A stretch of DNA of 58,070 nucleotides from a virus (taxonomy: Duplodnaviria > Caudoviricetes), in the IMG/VR virus record IMGVR_UViG_3300037508_001223, positions 1 through 58,070 of that record; one strand, given 5' to 3'. The number at the start of each line of letters is the position of its first letter. Position 1 is the first letter of the stretch. This document shows, one piece after another, positions 1 to 9,119 of the stretch. A program made the position numbers and the translations under genes. The notes beneath the pieces were generated by a model. The model was not told the DNA's origin and ran no database searches. It saw only the letters and a program-made list of their open reading frames with translations.

Positions 1-983
1 CGTTTTCGTTCACTGTGTCGGCTAACGTGACGCAATGGAACGGAGGGGCGTTGCCGACGATTGGCACAAGCACTCTCACCGCTCAACAAGTCTGGGAGTA
101 TGCCACACGCACCCTATCGGCGTTTGGTTTTACGGTTAGCGCGAACGTGACGCAATGGAATGGCGGATCGCTGCCAACCATCGGAACGTCGACACTGACG
201 GCCCAGCAAGTCTGGGAATATGCGACGCGTACGCTGTCCGCGTTTGGCTTTACCGTCGCGGCAAATGTCACGCAATGGAACGGCGGAAGCTTGCCGACAA
301 TTGGCACCAGCACGCTGACAGCGCAACAGGTATGGGAGTACTCGACAAGAACGCTTTCGGCGTTCTCGTTTACCGTGGCCGCGAATGTCACGCAATGGGC
401 AGGCGGATCGCTGCCCACAATCCCGACCGCTGGCGAGAACGCGGATGCTGTGTGGGACGAGGCAATGTCTGGACACACGACGGCCGGTACGTATGGCGGA
501 CGCATCCCGCGAAGCGATAGCAGCAACGTGCAAATAAAGTTGACTGGCTCGAAGCACATTGCGTGCGATGTCCATGAGCTTCAACCGGCGGTGATTGAGG
601 CGCAGCATTTCGCGGCCGGGGCCATCGACGCCAACGCGTTGGCCGCTGATGCGGCGAGCGAAATCGCGACCGCTGTGCGAACCAATTTGGCGACGGAGCT
701 TGCTCGAATCGACGTGACGGTGGGCAGTCGGTTGGCGGATGCGTCCTACACTGCTCCGCCCTCGGCGACGACGGTGGCAGATGCTGTACTTACTAGAAAT
801 GTTTCTAATGTCGAAAGCGTAGCTGGAACAACTACGCTATGCACCTTAGTACTTGCTGGTGTTGGAAAAGCCTTAACAGTAGGTGGTGTGCTAAACATCT
901 ATCGAACCAATGGTACTACTGTTCACGCTACGAAGACATTAACAACTGATCCAAATGCCGATCCTGTAACGGGAATCTCGTAA
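1..983 (+). CDS. Virion structural/fibre-like protein with 39-aa tandem repeats, 5'-truncated
   Basis: About 3.5 copies of ANVTQWNGGxLPTIGTSTLTAQQVWEYATRTLSAFxFTV (117-bp period); the repeat continues to the window edge; lies upstream of neck genes. Confidence 0.7.
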   Translation, partial: FSFTVSANVTQWNGGALPTIGTSTLTAQQVWEYATRTLSAFGFTVSANVTQWNGGSLPTIGTSTLTAQQVWEYATRTLSAFGFTVAANVTQWNGGSLPTIGTSTLTAQQVWEYSTRTLSAFSFTVAANVTQWAGGSLPTIPTAGENADAVWDEAMSGHTTAGTYGGRIPRSDSSNVQIKLTGSKHIACDVHELQPAVIEAQHFAAGAIDANALAADAASEIATAVRTNLATELARIDVTVGSRLADASYTAPPSATTVADAVLTRNVSNVESVAGTTTLCTLVLAGVGKALTVGGVLNIYRTNGTTVHATKTLTTDPNADPVTGIS

Positions 984-1168
984 TGTCTGCTGGATTTTTT
1001 GACTTTTTCCGAAAATTGTGGGGATGGTATTCTACAAACACAGAACTAGGCTCTCCGGTAATTACCGATACCGGAGACTTGAATTTCATTCAGGAACTTG
1101 GTAGACCTTGTGGTTTCTACGAGACTTCCGCTAGCGACTGCAATTTCATTCAAGAGATCACCAAATGA
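983..1168 (+). CDS. Small hypothetical protein
   Basis: TAATG coupling to the previous gene, ATGA overlap with the next. Confidence 0.6.
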   Translation: MSAGFFDFFRKLWGWYSTNTELGSPVITDTGDLNFIQELGRPCGFYETSASDCNFIQEITK

Positions 1169-1491
1169 GCTGCGAAGTCAAATTGAGAAAAGGGGCCTAC
1201 CCGGTTGCGGTGGAGAGGACTCTTCGCGATCAGAATGGCGAACCTGTCAACATCTCAGGATCTTCCAACAATAAAATCCGACTTGTATCTCCTAGTGGCG
1301 TGAAGAAGGAGTTCAATGCTATTTTCACAAACAGCGGAGCAGATGGAAAAATCCGATTTGTGACTTCCGCATCCACCGACTTGGATGAAGTTGGAACATG
1401 GCGTGCTCAATTTCGACTTGGGATTAGCGGTGGGGCGATCCCCAGTGACGACTTTACTTTTCAAGTTGGCATTTCCTTGGAGGCTCCGTAA
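1165..1491 (+). CDS. BppU N-terminal-like beta-sandwich structural protein
   Basis: Pattern GxPVNIS..P.G..K....DG.I.F....DLDEVGTW..Q typical of BppU-N-like phage proteins. Confidence 0.55.
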   Translation: MSCEVKLRKGAYPVAVERTLRDQNGEPVNISGSSNNKIRLVSPSGVKKEFNAIFTNSGADGKIRFVTSASTDLDEVGTWRAQFRLGISGGAIPSDDFTFQVGISLEAP

Positions 1492-1973
1492 TGGCTCAGT
1501 ACACGACCAAAGCGGAAATGTCCAAGTTGTTTTCCGCGTGCGGTGTGGATTACCGAATCGAGGATGAGTCAGACCCGGAAAACTCGTTGGAGTTTTTCAT
1601 TGACGACGCATCTGTAATGATTGATATGTACGCTGGGCAGATTTACAATTCTTCGGATATGGCGAATTCGAAGTGGGTTCGCATTCGAGCGACTTGGATG
1701 GCCTGCTATTTTCTATCCCAGAAAAATGGCAATGCTTCCTTGTTCTTCAATAGGTACGATCAAATCCTTCAAGAGTTGCAAAAAGTCCAACAACAGCAGT
1801 TGCCTATACCTGGGCTTGCGACTTCTGTGGACATGGTTCCTACGTTGTCCAATATTGAACACGATCCTCGATACCGAGAAGCGACATTGCGGGTAGAGCC
1901 TCAAGTATCTACAGGTGCTAGCTCGTCAAAGCAAGATCTATCAAACCAGATCCTGCCAGAATGGCTATGGTAA
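1491..1973 (+). CDS. Head-tail adaptor (Mu gp36/DUF1320-like)
   Basis: N-terminal YTTKAEM, IDDASVMIDMY helix, ~160 aa, neck position. Confidence 0.6.
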   Translation: MAQYTTKAEMSKLFSACGVDYRIEDESDPENSLEFFIDDASVMIDMYAGQIYNSSDMANSKWVRIRATWMACYFLSQKNGNASLFFNRYDQILQELQKVQQQQLPIPGLATSVDMVPTLSNIEHDPRYREATLRVEPQVSTGASSSKQDLSNQILPEWLW

Positions 1974-1974
1974 C

Positions 1975-2508
1975 ATGGATTATCAATCCGCAAAAAAGCT
2001 ACTAGATGAGCTTCCTAAAATTTTAGGAGGACAGCCTACGGGCAGGTATACATACATTCTAAATGTATACCGAGCACATTTCTTGCATGAAATGTTCCGT
2101 TTGATACACTACTCCTTCATTGTTCGATCGGAGAGGGTGCCGGACCAGTTTGGGAACGAGTGGCAGCCTTTGAGTCCAAGGACGATCGCCAAGAAAAAGA
2201 AGCCCCATAAACGCGGTATGCTGCGTCTTCCGGCTTCCTCGACTCCTGAGTCAATCAACAGGGACACAGGCCGTCTGGCGAGGTCCTACGAGCCAGGAAC
2301 CCTTGCTGGGGCTGCTTACGTGCCGGTGAACATGGATCAGAAGGTGTCTTGGGTTGGGAGGAAGTTGGATGTTGGCACCCGAGTTCCTTACGCCAAAGAG
2401 GTGTCAAAGCTAAGACAGCTACTACCAAAAGACACACAAATCAAAATTACTAGGCTAGCAATTATTGCTGGCGTAAAGGCAATAAAGCCTATAATTGAGA
2501 AATTGTAA
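1975..2508 (+). CDS. Virion morphogenesis / tail completion protein (Mu gpG-like)
   Basis: G..WQPLSPRTIAKK, DTGRLARS and VGTRVPYA motifs; ATG at 1975 chosen as start. Confidence 0.7.
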   Translation: MDYQSAKKLLDELPKILGGQPTGRYTYILNVYRAHFLHEMFRLIHYSFIVRSERVPDQFGNEWQPLSPRTIAKKKKPHKRGMLRLPASSTPESINRDTGRLARSYEPGTLAGAAYVPVNMDQKVSWVGRKLDVGTRVPYAKEVSKLRQLLPKDTQIKITRLAIIAGVKAIKPIIEKL

Positions 2509-3095
2509 TGCACATTGGATACTTGGTACTAGCAGTTCGGGACGTGCTTAGGGAACGGCTTAGCCGCGATGGCTTGCCTTTCAAGCCGTTCGACCGTGAA
2601 GAGATTGAAGTATCGCCGGATGGAAGACCTCCAGCGTACATGGGATCGCGATTCATTGGAGTGTACGGTTCCCAGTGGTCTCCAGCGGTCGAAGACTCGA
2701 ACGTGGGATTGGATGCGTTGATGGGCGTCTCCTGCACGTACACGGTGCGAAGCCCTGTTTTCCCCCAGAAAAAAACCGGACCTGTCATGTATGCGGAAGT
2801 GTTGTCCGGTATGTGCTCGGTCTGCTGGGAGGTAGCCAAAGCGGTGTCAATGACCGGGGATAGCCTCACCGAAATTCCGCTTTACGAGGCTCTGGCAAAG
2901 TACCCTGATTATATTCCGTATAGCATTTTTGAGTATCTTAGGTGGCAGGGATGTGATCCTTCCCCTTCTCCGGTAACGGACGAGTGGTTCACTGCCCGAA
3001 ACGAGCATTTGATGGACGAGAACGGGCTTTCTATTGTAGGATACACCATGACGGTTCGTTTTGGCGGTGCTCGCGGAGGTTACGCTTACCGATGA
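2508..3095 (+). CDS. Putative tail terminator / neck protein
   Basis: Position and size only; TAATG coupled. Confidence 0.45.
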   Translation: MHIGYLVLAVRDVLRERLSRDGLPFKPFDREEIEVSPDGRPPAYMGSRFIGVYGSQWSPAVEDSNVGLDALMGVSCTYTVRSPVFPQKKTGPVMYAEVLSGMCSVCWEVAKAVSMTGDSLTEIPLYEALAKYPDYIPYSIFEYLRWQGCDPSPSPVTDEWFTARNEHLMDENGLSIVGYTMTVRFGGARGGYAYR

Positions 3096-3451
3096 TTCCT
3101 GTAAAGTGCGAAAGTCGTGAATGCAAGCTTGTTCTGGAGAATTATCGTAGGACTTACTACGTTGATTCTTTAGAGGCTCCTTGTCCAACTTGCGGCTTAA
3201 AGGGTGGCTTGGTTCCGTGTGAACTTATCCATCTAGTCGTAGAAAGCAAGTATGGACTTATGGAGTCCAAGCTAAACGGAAAAAGGTATAAATTTGCTTG
3301 TAATACAGCAAATAATATGTACCGTAGACCCATCAACACGCCAGGATTTCCAAGATACTATACATCAGAAGTAATTGGCTGTACTTGCCCTGAGTGCTTA
3401 CTCGAATACGGGGCAAAAGAAACCAATGGAGAATTGCTGATTAACAGCTAA
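3092..3451 (+). CDS. Cys-rich putative Zn-binding protein
   Basis: CxxxxC, CPTC and CTCPEC motifs; ATGA overlap start at 3092. Confidence 0.6.
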   Translation: MIPVKCESRECKLVLENYRRTYYVDSLEAPCPTCGLKGGLVPCELIHLVVESKYGLMESKLNGKRYKFACNTANNMYRRPINTPGFPRYYTSEVIGCTCPECLLEYGAKETNGELLINS

Positions 3452-3461
3452 GGAGCTAGCC

Positions 3462-3977
3462 ATGTCTCGTGGATGGGTTGCTGGTCCATACTTGTGGACG
3501 TTCAATGGACGCAATGTTGGAATCACCGAAAACGGTTTCCGATTGTCAATGACTTCTTACGGTGATCCGATCAAAGGAGATAATCTTGGTGATTCTATCC
3601 AAGATTTTGTCTACCGAGGCGGTGACGTTACCGTGGAAGGTACGTTCCAGGAATTCGACGCCGCATTGAACGGGGACGGTCAGGCGGTAAAAGCCAACCC
3701 TAATGTGGGTTCGGTATTTTGGCCTTATGCCTCGCTAGGCGATACAGGGCAAGTAGGACGTTTGGCTAGCTCTGTTTCGGCAGTGCTAACAGGAACGGCT
3801 ATTCCTGGTGTCAATCCTCTTTTGAAGAACATCACCATTACCGCAGCCGTAATCCCCCCAGGCTTTGATGTTGGCTTCCTGTTTGCCGCTCGTTTGAGAA
3901 ACGTGCCAATTAGGCTTCAATCACTGCCGTGGCCTGGACTTGTGCAAGTCGGAAGCAGTAACTGGTTTACTTTGTAA
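3462..3977 (+). CDS. Putative tail tube protein
   Basis: AGGAG RBS; NVGITENGFRL, GD...D...RG beta-strand pattern; 171 aa after neck genes. Confidence 0.6.
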   Translation: MSRGWVAGPYLWTFNGRNVGITENGFRLSMTSYGDPIKGDNLGDSIQDFVYRGGDVTVEGTFQEFDAALNGDGQAVKANPNVGSVFWPYASLGDTGQVGRLASSVSAVLTGTAIPGVNPLLKNITITAAVIPPGFDVGFLFAARLRNVPIRLQSLPWPGLVQVGSSNWFTL

Positions 3978-4918
3978 TGTCAAGCATTAGCATAGATGTT
4001 AATGTCAATCAACCTCCCGGAGGTAGCTCTTCGGGAGGTGTTCCGCCATCTCCCGGAGGAACTGCTTCTCCACCGGGCGGGAGTCCTACGCCTCCTGGTC
4101 CTGGTGGCGGTTCTTCATCACCAAGTCTGCCTTCGACTCCAATACCGCCAAAGCCGCCTGGACCTTCTCCAGGGGCTGGGGCAGGTGCTGGCGGTTCGGC
4201 AGGGGCTGGTGGATCTGCTAGTGCGGCTGGAGGAGCGGCTTCTACCGCAGGTGGAACAGCAGCAGGTGGAGGAGGGGCTGCCGCCGCTGCTGGCGGAGCT
4301 GCGGCTATCTTAGGGCCATTAGCTATTGCTGGTGGGGCTGTTATCGCGGCTTTTGCGGGTACTGTTATTGCGGCAAAAGCGGTAGATGATGCTCTTACAG
4401 ACATTGCTAGAACCGCAAGAAAATACAATCCAGAAGTGGCTGTAGCTACTGCGATGGCTAATGTTCAAGCCATGTTTGCGGATATGGAGCAGGCTAATCG
4501 ACTAGGCCCCGAATTGGCTAGCTACGTGACTGAGAGAGCTGAAATAGCAACAATTCTCAAGAAAATAGAGACAGACATTGCGGAAGATATACTTCCTTTA
4601 GCTATCGACTTAGCAAGAGGCGTATCCGCAATTCTGACCTGGATGAAGGAAGTCTACAAGCAATTTATCTCTCCTGTCATTCAATTGTTCAACAAGCAAG
4701 GTGGTTGGAATCAAGCTTTAATTTTGAATATGTTTGGACTTCCAGGGCAGTTAGCTGCTATATTGAAAGCGGCTAACCTGATAGCCGGGAATACAGCCCC
4801 GAAAACTCCAGGAGCCGCCTTCTTTAAGGATTACGAAAAGTTCATTGATCCTTTGCAGCAAGCTTCTCCTCTTGTTCCACAAGGCGCTCCTGGTATACCT
4901 CCGATTGGAAAACCGTAA
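3977..4918 (+). CDS. Short tape-measure-like protein with Pro/Gly/Ala-rich N-terminus
   Basis: Low-complexity P/G/A stretch, hydrophobic helix, amphipathic helical remainder; follows the tail tube. Confidence 0.5.
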   Translation: MSSISIDVNVNQPPGGSSSGGVPPSPGGTASPPGGSPTPPGPGGGSSSPSLPSTPIPPKPPGPSPGAGAGAGGSAGAGGSASAAGGAASTAGGTAAGGGGAAAAAGGAAAILGPLAIAGGAVIAAFAGTVIAAKAVDDALTDIARTARKYNPEVAVATAMANVQAMFADMEQANRLGPELASYVTERAEIATILKKIETDIAEDILPLAIDLARGVSAILTWMKEVYKQFISPVIQLFNKQGGWNQALILNMFGLPGQLAAILKAANLIAGNTAPKTPGAAFFKDYEKFIDPLQQASPLVPQGAPGIPPIGKP

Positions 4919-7077
4919 TGGCTTTTGGCAGTCCCCTTCCAGTACCGGTGCCTTGGCTTCTTAACGAAGCTTTCGATATGTCCGCTTCCGTAAATGGAAA
5001 CGTGACATCTGTGGACACGTTCATTACATACGGAAGCTACGTTTTCAATTCCGCGATAAGTTTCAAATTTCAAGTCGAGCCTGTGTACGGGGACGACAGG
5101 ATCATCCCCAAGTATTACAAGCATACTTTCACGGTCGAGACGGTTCTTACGCCGCATACCAATCCGCAGTATGACGCTACAGGCACTCAGCCTTTGGACT
5201 TGAACGAATCACAAGCCCGTAGGGATTTGTCGATTCCCGGCCTACCTTTTTACATCTGTGCAAAAGGTGTTGGACAGAATCAAAGAATTGATCCCCAGTC
5301 TAAAACTGGGCCAGTATTTGCTGCTCCTGGTAACAATAAAAACCAAGATCCTGTTATTGATGGCGTCTTCGGAACGGCTGATCCGGTAGACGTAGGAACT
5401 CTAGTATTTCGCGTTGAACCAGGAATGGATTTGAATTATGGTCCTCGACCCGTAGTTCAAATTCTTGAGCCAATTGGTGCTTCAAGGGTTTACCGACTTG
5501 TCTGGAGCGTTGAAGTATGCTTGCCGATTTGCTGCGTTAGCTACCAGAACAACGCAGGCCAACCTGTTTACTGCCTCACTCCGTACAACCTTGAAACCCA
5601 AGCCAAGTATGACAACCCCATTACGGAGTTTGTCTACGACATCTCTTGGTCGATTGATGAGCTAGGCTACTCGAACCGAACTATTTCAGGATCTGCTGAG
5701 ATAGCCGGTCGTTTACTGCAAGACATGCAGTACACCAGTCCTACGGTGCAAGCGGTTGGTCCAGTATATCAGGTGAAGGTGGTCAATGACACGTTCGTAA
5801 AAAACATGATAACCACCATGTTTCCTTACCTGAAAGGTTTTAAGAGGACAATTTCTTACGACGTGGGAAGAGACGCCAAGCGGCTTGATTGGCGTATTGT
5901 GGACACGGAATTGAAATCGGAAACTCCGTACTACAAGAACGTCATAGATTGCAATGCCACAGTATCTTTAAGAAGCCAAGGAGATGAACCAGCTTTTACG
6001 GTATGGGACTACGAAATCAAAGGTAGTTTTACGGTAGTGCCGGGAGCTTCCAAATACCAAGCTTACTTGGCGTTCTTGACTATCGTTAAGTCAAAATTAA
6101 CTACAGCCATCAATGTTCAAAATGGTATTCCCATAATGAACAATAAAGGCGTGCTGCTGCCAAAAAGCTCTTCGTATCTTCCGGTAAGCCATTCTTACGA
6201 GGAAGATGTATTTGGAAGAAGCATGTCGTTTGATTTTAGGTACAGACTTGTTTCTAGCTTGGAAAATCATCTAGTATATAGTGAGTTGTTCGTCCCTGTA
6301 CGCCAAGGTAACAATACTTGGGATGCTTGGCTTAGCGGTATTCCCAACAACTTGAAAACGGGACAAGGGGCTGTAAACTTCAATTTGCAAGGCACTAGAA
6401 ATCTAGTCAACACCTGCAACTTTGGTCCGATGGAGCCTAGTTACGGACAGAAGTCTCCAGCAGTGCCTCCCGAAGGCTTCATTAACATCTTCACCCTGAA
6501 CTGTCCTCCTCCAGAAAAAAGCTGGTTGGAGTACAAGAATTGGTACGAGATTATCGACTACAAACCAACAATCCAACACGTTCCTTCTTACAATTACCCA
6601 AATCAGTATTACCAAGACAGTCAATACTACGGCGGGTATCCTAACCATAATTTGGAGTTCCCAACGGGCGGTACTTCGTCACAAGCAAGTGCGGCTTATG
6701 CTATGGGAGCGTCTGACGAGTCAGGCCAACCTACTGTCCAGAAAATGGGTGCGGGTAAAACCTACATTGTAATGAAGGGCTATGCGCTTCGATACTGCTA
6801 TCAAATAAAGCCGCCAATGCTATACGCGGTAAAGATAGCAGGTGTCAATCAAGTAATGCAGCCTATCCAAGTGTCTAGCCGAACTGTACTAGATAAAGTA
6901 GTAGGTCAATCTGGTAAAGTACGTTTGATTTTTTCCTCTTGGGAAATTGTATACACAATTCCTAGACCTCTTAATCCTTCGGTTAATTTCATCAAAGAGC
7001 TATTGACCGATGCCGAAGGTGAGCAGTATATTTCTCAAGCGGACTTCAAGAACATTTACCAACCTCCTGCACTGTAA
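4918..7077 (+). CDS. Large tail/baseplate protein
   Basis: 719-aa beta-rich ORF coupled to the TMP-like gene. Confidence 0.55.
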   Translation: MAFGSPLPVPVPWLLNEAFDMSASVNGNVTSVDTFITYGSYVFNSAISFKFQVEPVYGDDRIIPKYYKHTFTVETVLTPHTNPQYDATGTQPLDLNESQARRDLSIPGLPFYICAKGVGQNQRIDPQSKTGPVFAAPGNNKNQDPVIDGVFGTADPVDVGTLVFRVEPGMDLNYGPRPVVQILEPIGASRVYRLVWSVEVCLPICCVSYQNNAGQPVYCLTPYNLETQAKYDNPITEFVYDISWSIDELGYSNRTISGSAEIAGRLLQDMQYTSPTVQAVGPVYQVKVVNDTFVKNMITTMFPYLKGFKRTISYDVGRDAKRLDWRIVDTELKSETPYYKNVIDCNATVSLRSQGDEPAFTVWDYEIKGSFTVVPGASKYQAYLAFLTIVKSKLTTAINVQNGIPIMNNKGVLLPKSSSYLPVSHSYEEDVFGRSMSFDFRYRLVSSLENHLVYSELFVPVRQGNNTWDAWLSGIPNNLKTGQGAVNFNLQGTRNLVNTCNFGPMEPSYGQKSPAVPPEGFINIFTLNCPPPEKSWLEYKNWYEIIDYKPTIQHVPSYNYPNQYYQDSQYYGGYPNHNLEFPTGGTSSQASAAYAMGASDESGQPTVQKMGAGKTYIVMKGYALRYCYQIKPPMLYAVKIAGVNQVMQPIQVSSRTVLDKVVGQSGKVRLIFSSWEIVYTIPRPLNPSVNFIKELLTDAEGEQYISQADFKNIYQPPAL

Positions 7078-7082
7078 AGGCT

Positions 7083-7594
7083 ATGGACACAAAATTCACG
7101 TACGTTCGAGATGGCAAGACGATTTTGTCCGAAGAGCTTGTTGTACTTCACTCTTGGATTGCCCAAAGTCAAAGTGGAGTCGATCTAAGCACGGAGGAGA
7201 AACGTGGTTTAGGGCAAGGCGTTTGGCCTAATCGGTTTGCGGAAAGCCTGAAAGAACGGCTTGGTCAAGAGTTCACAGCAACTGAGGCTTACCTCTTGGC
7301 GTGTGCTATCGTCAAAAAGATGGAGAGCCTTACCCAGGGTTTTATGGCCGGGCTTCAGTAGCGGAGTTTTATGGCTTCGACACTTCTAAGCTTTCAGATT
7401 TGGAAGTTGAGTTGTATCGAAGAAATATGCCGCAATTAGAAGCCCATAGAGAACTCCGGGGCCGCCTACAAAATCGGGATCTTGATCCCAAGGGTTGGTA
7501 TACTCTGTACTTGTTGGCGACCAAAGACAAGAAGATCGCCGAAGAAGCAGAGGCTTACGCCATCCTTGCTCAGGAACCGAGAACCAATGGCTAA
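7083..7594 (+). CDS. Tail assembly chaperone-like pair (7083-7361 plus -1 frameshift extension to 7594)
   Basis: Slippery heptamer G GGT TTT at 7337-7343 in the correct phase; overlapping -1 ORF lacks a convincing start of its own. Confidence 0.65.
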
Positions 7595-9098
7595 GAAGAA
7601 AAAGTTCGACACGACTAACGCTCCTTCCGAAGACACGATGGCTTACGAGCCATCAGGTTTTGAAGGAGGGGTTGACCCATCGGCAAATTCCAATATGCTG
7701 ATGGACGCCGCACCGCCGAGCGAGCTGGACTACACTCCCCCTAAAGACGCTCCACGCTTTCCGGGTGCGGCCAATCCCGACGTTAAAGTTGATGCGGACG
7801 CCCTTCTTCATTCTACGCCGATCAGCGAAGATTATGTCCCGTGGGGAACCTACGGGATGTGGGGCTACTACGGATTCCTAAATCGTAATAGGCCCCCTTT
7901 CACGTACTACACTGTGCGTGAGATGCTTTGCGACCCTCGGGTGATCTTTGGTCTTTGGCTAATCAAAGGGCCGATCATCTCGAAGAGCAAATTCGAGGTG
8001 GAATGTAGTCGTAGCGACGTTACCGATTACATCAATAAAAACCTGAAAAGGTTCATGCAAGTCGCGGCTGGCCGGGTTCTCAAGGCCCTTGAATGGGGTT
8101 ACTCGGCCTCGGAAGTGGAGTATCGGTACAACTCGGAAGACCATCGAATCTACTTCGATAACGTCCGGGATTTGGAATCTCTCGACTGCCGTCCTGTAAC
8201 CAAGCAGGGATCTATCTGCGGCTTCCTCGTGCGGAACATCAAGCCAGTGCGGACAGCCGATCAGTTTGCGGAATCTCTCGATTACTCGGGCGATTACTTC
8301 AAGCCGAACAAGGGGACTCCACCAGCAAATGATGGACGAAGGTACATCGGCTTCCCGAAGGGGTTGTACCACATCCATCAACGCGACCGGAATCCTTGGT
8401 TTGGGCTTTCCCGATTGTTCGGTGCTCACGTTCCCTGGTGGGAGCAGTGGAGCGAGGATGGCTACCGAGCCATTCGACGGCTTTGGTATCTGAAGAACAG
8501 CTTTGACGGCGGCACCCTTTACCATCCGCCTGGGCAGATCGCCACAACCACGGGTCCGAAGGCTACTCGGGACTACGCCCGCGAGATGCTCGAAAAAAGG
8601 CGTGCTGGAGGCGTCCTGACGCTTCCTAACACGACGGGACCGGATGGTACGGGTAAAGCTTGGGAATACGTCCCACCCTCGGGAAACCCTGTCCCAGCGG
8701 GTTTATTGGAGTACGGCAATCTTCTCAAGGACGAGGTGCTGGAAGCTTTGGGCATTCCTCCAGAGATTATTTCTTCTGGAGGAGAAACGGGATTCGGCTC
8801 TTCTTCGGGTCGGCAAGTTCCTCAGATGGCGTTCTACTCAGTGTTGCTGGAATTGATCCAGTGGCTGGTACTTGACTTTGACAAGCAGGTCATGCGATAT
8901 TTGGTAGGTCTCAACTTTGGAGCAGATGTCCAATATGAGATTACAGCCCAACCGCTCGAAGACGGGTCGAGTGTCCAATCGGACCCCAACGACCCGAACG
9001 CTCCCAACAACCCGCTTGACCCCAACAACCAGTTGGCAGGTCAAGAGATCCCGCCAGACCAAGCAGCGGATCAAAACCAGCCGCCTCCCAACGCCTAG
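7587..9098 (+). CDS. Portal protein (Mu gp29/DUF935-like)
   Basis: EMLCDPRV, ALEWGYSASEVEY and NPWFGLSRL motifs; acidic Pro-rich tail; ATG at 7587. Confidence 0.8.
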   Translation: MAKKKKFDTTNAPSEDTMAYEPSGFEGGVDPSANSNMLMDAAPPSELDYTPPKDAPRFPGAANPDVKVDADALLHSTPISEDYVPWGTYGMWGYYGFLNRNRPPFTYYTVREMLCDPRVIFGLWLIKGPIISKSKFEVECSRSDVTDYINKNLKRFMQVAAGRVLKALEWGYSASEVEYRYNSEDHRIYFDNVRDLESLDCRPVTKQGSICGFLVRNIKPVRTADQFAESLDYSGDYFKPNKGTPPANDGRRYIGFPKGLYHIHQRDRNPWFGLSRLFGAHVPWWEQWSEDGYRAIRRLWYLKNSFDGGTLYHPPGQIATTTGPKATRDYAREMLEKRRAGGVLTLPNTTGPDGTGKAWEYVPPSGNPVPAGLLEYGNLLKDEVLEALGIPPEIISSGGETGFGSSSGRQVPQMAFYSVLLELIQWLVLDFDKQVMRYLVGLNFGADVQYEITAQPLEDGSSVQSDPNDPNAPNNPLDPNNQLAGQEIPPDQAADQNQPPPNA

Positions 9099-9119
9099 TT
9101 CTCTCCCAGAAAATAACCA

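Noticed and set aside
8960-9095. AAC-rich stretch as a DGR template repeat
   Set aside because: It encodes the Asn/Pro/Asp-rich portal tail and does not resemble the FGE modules
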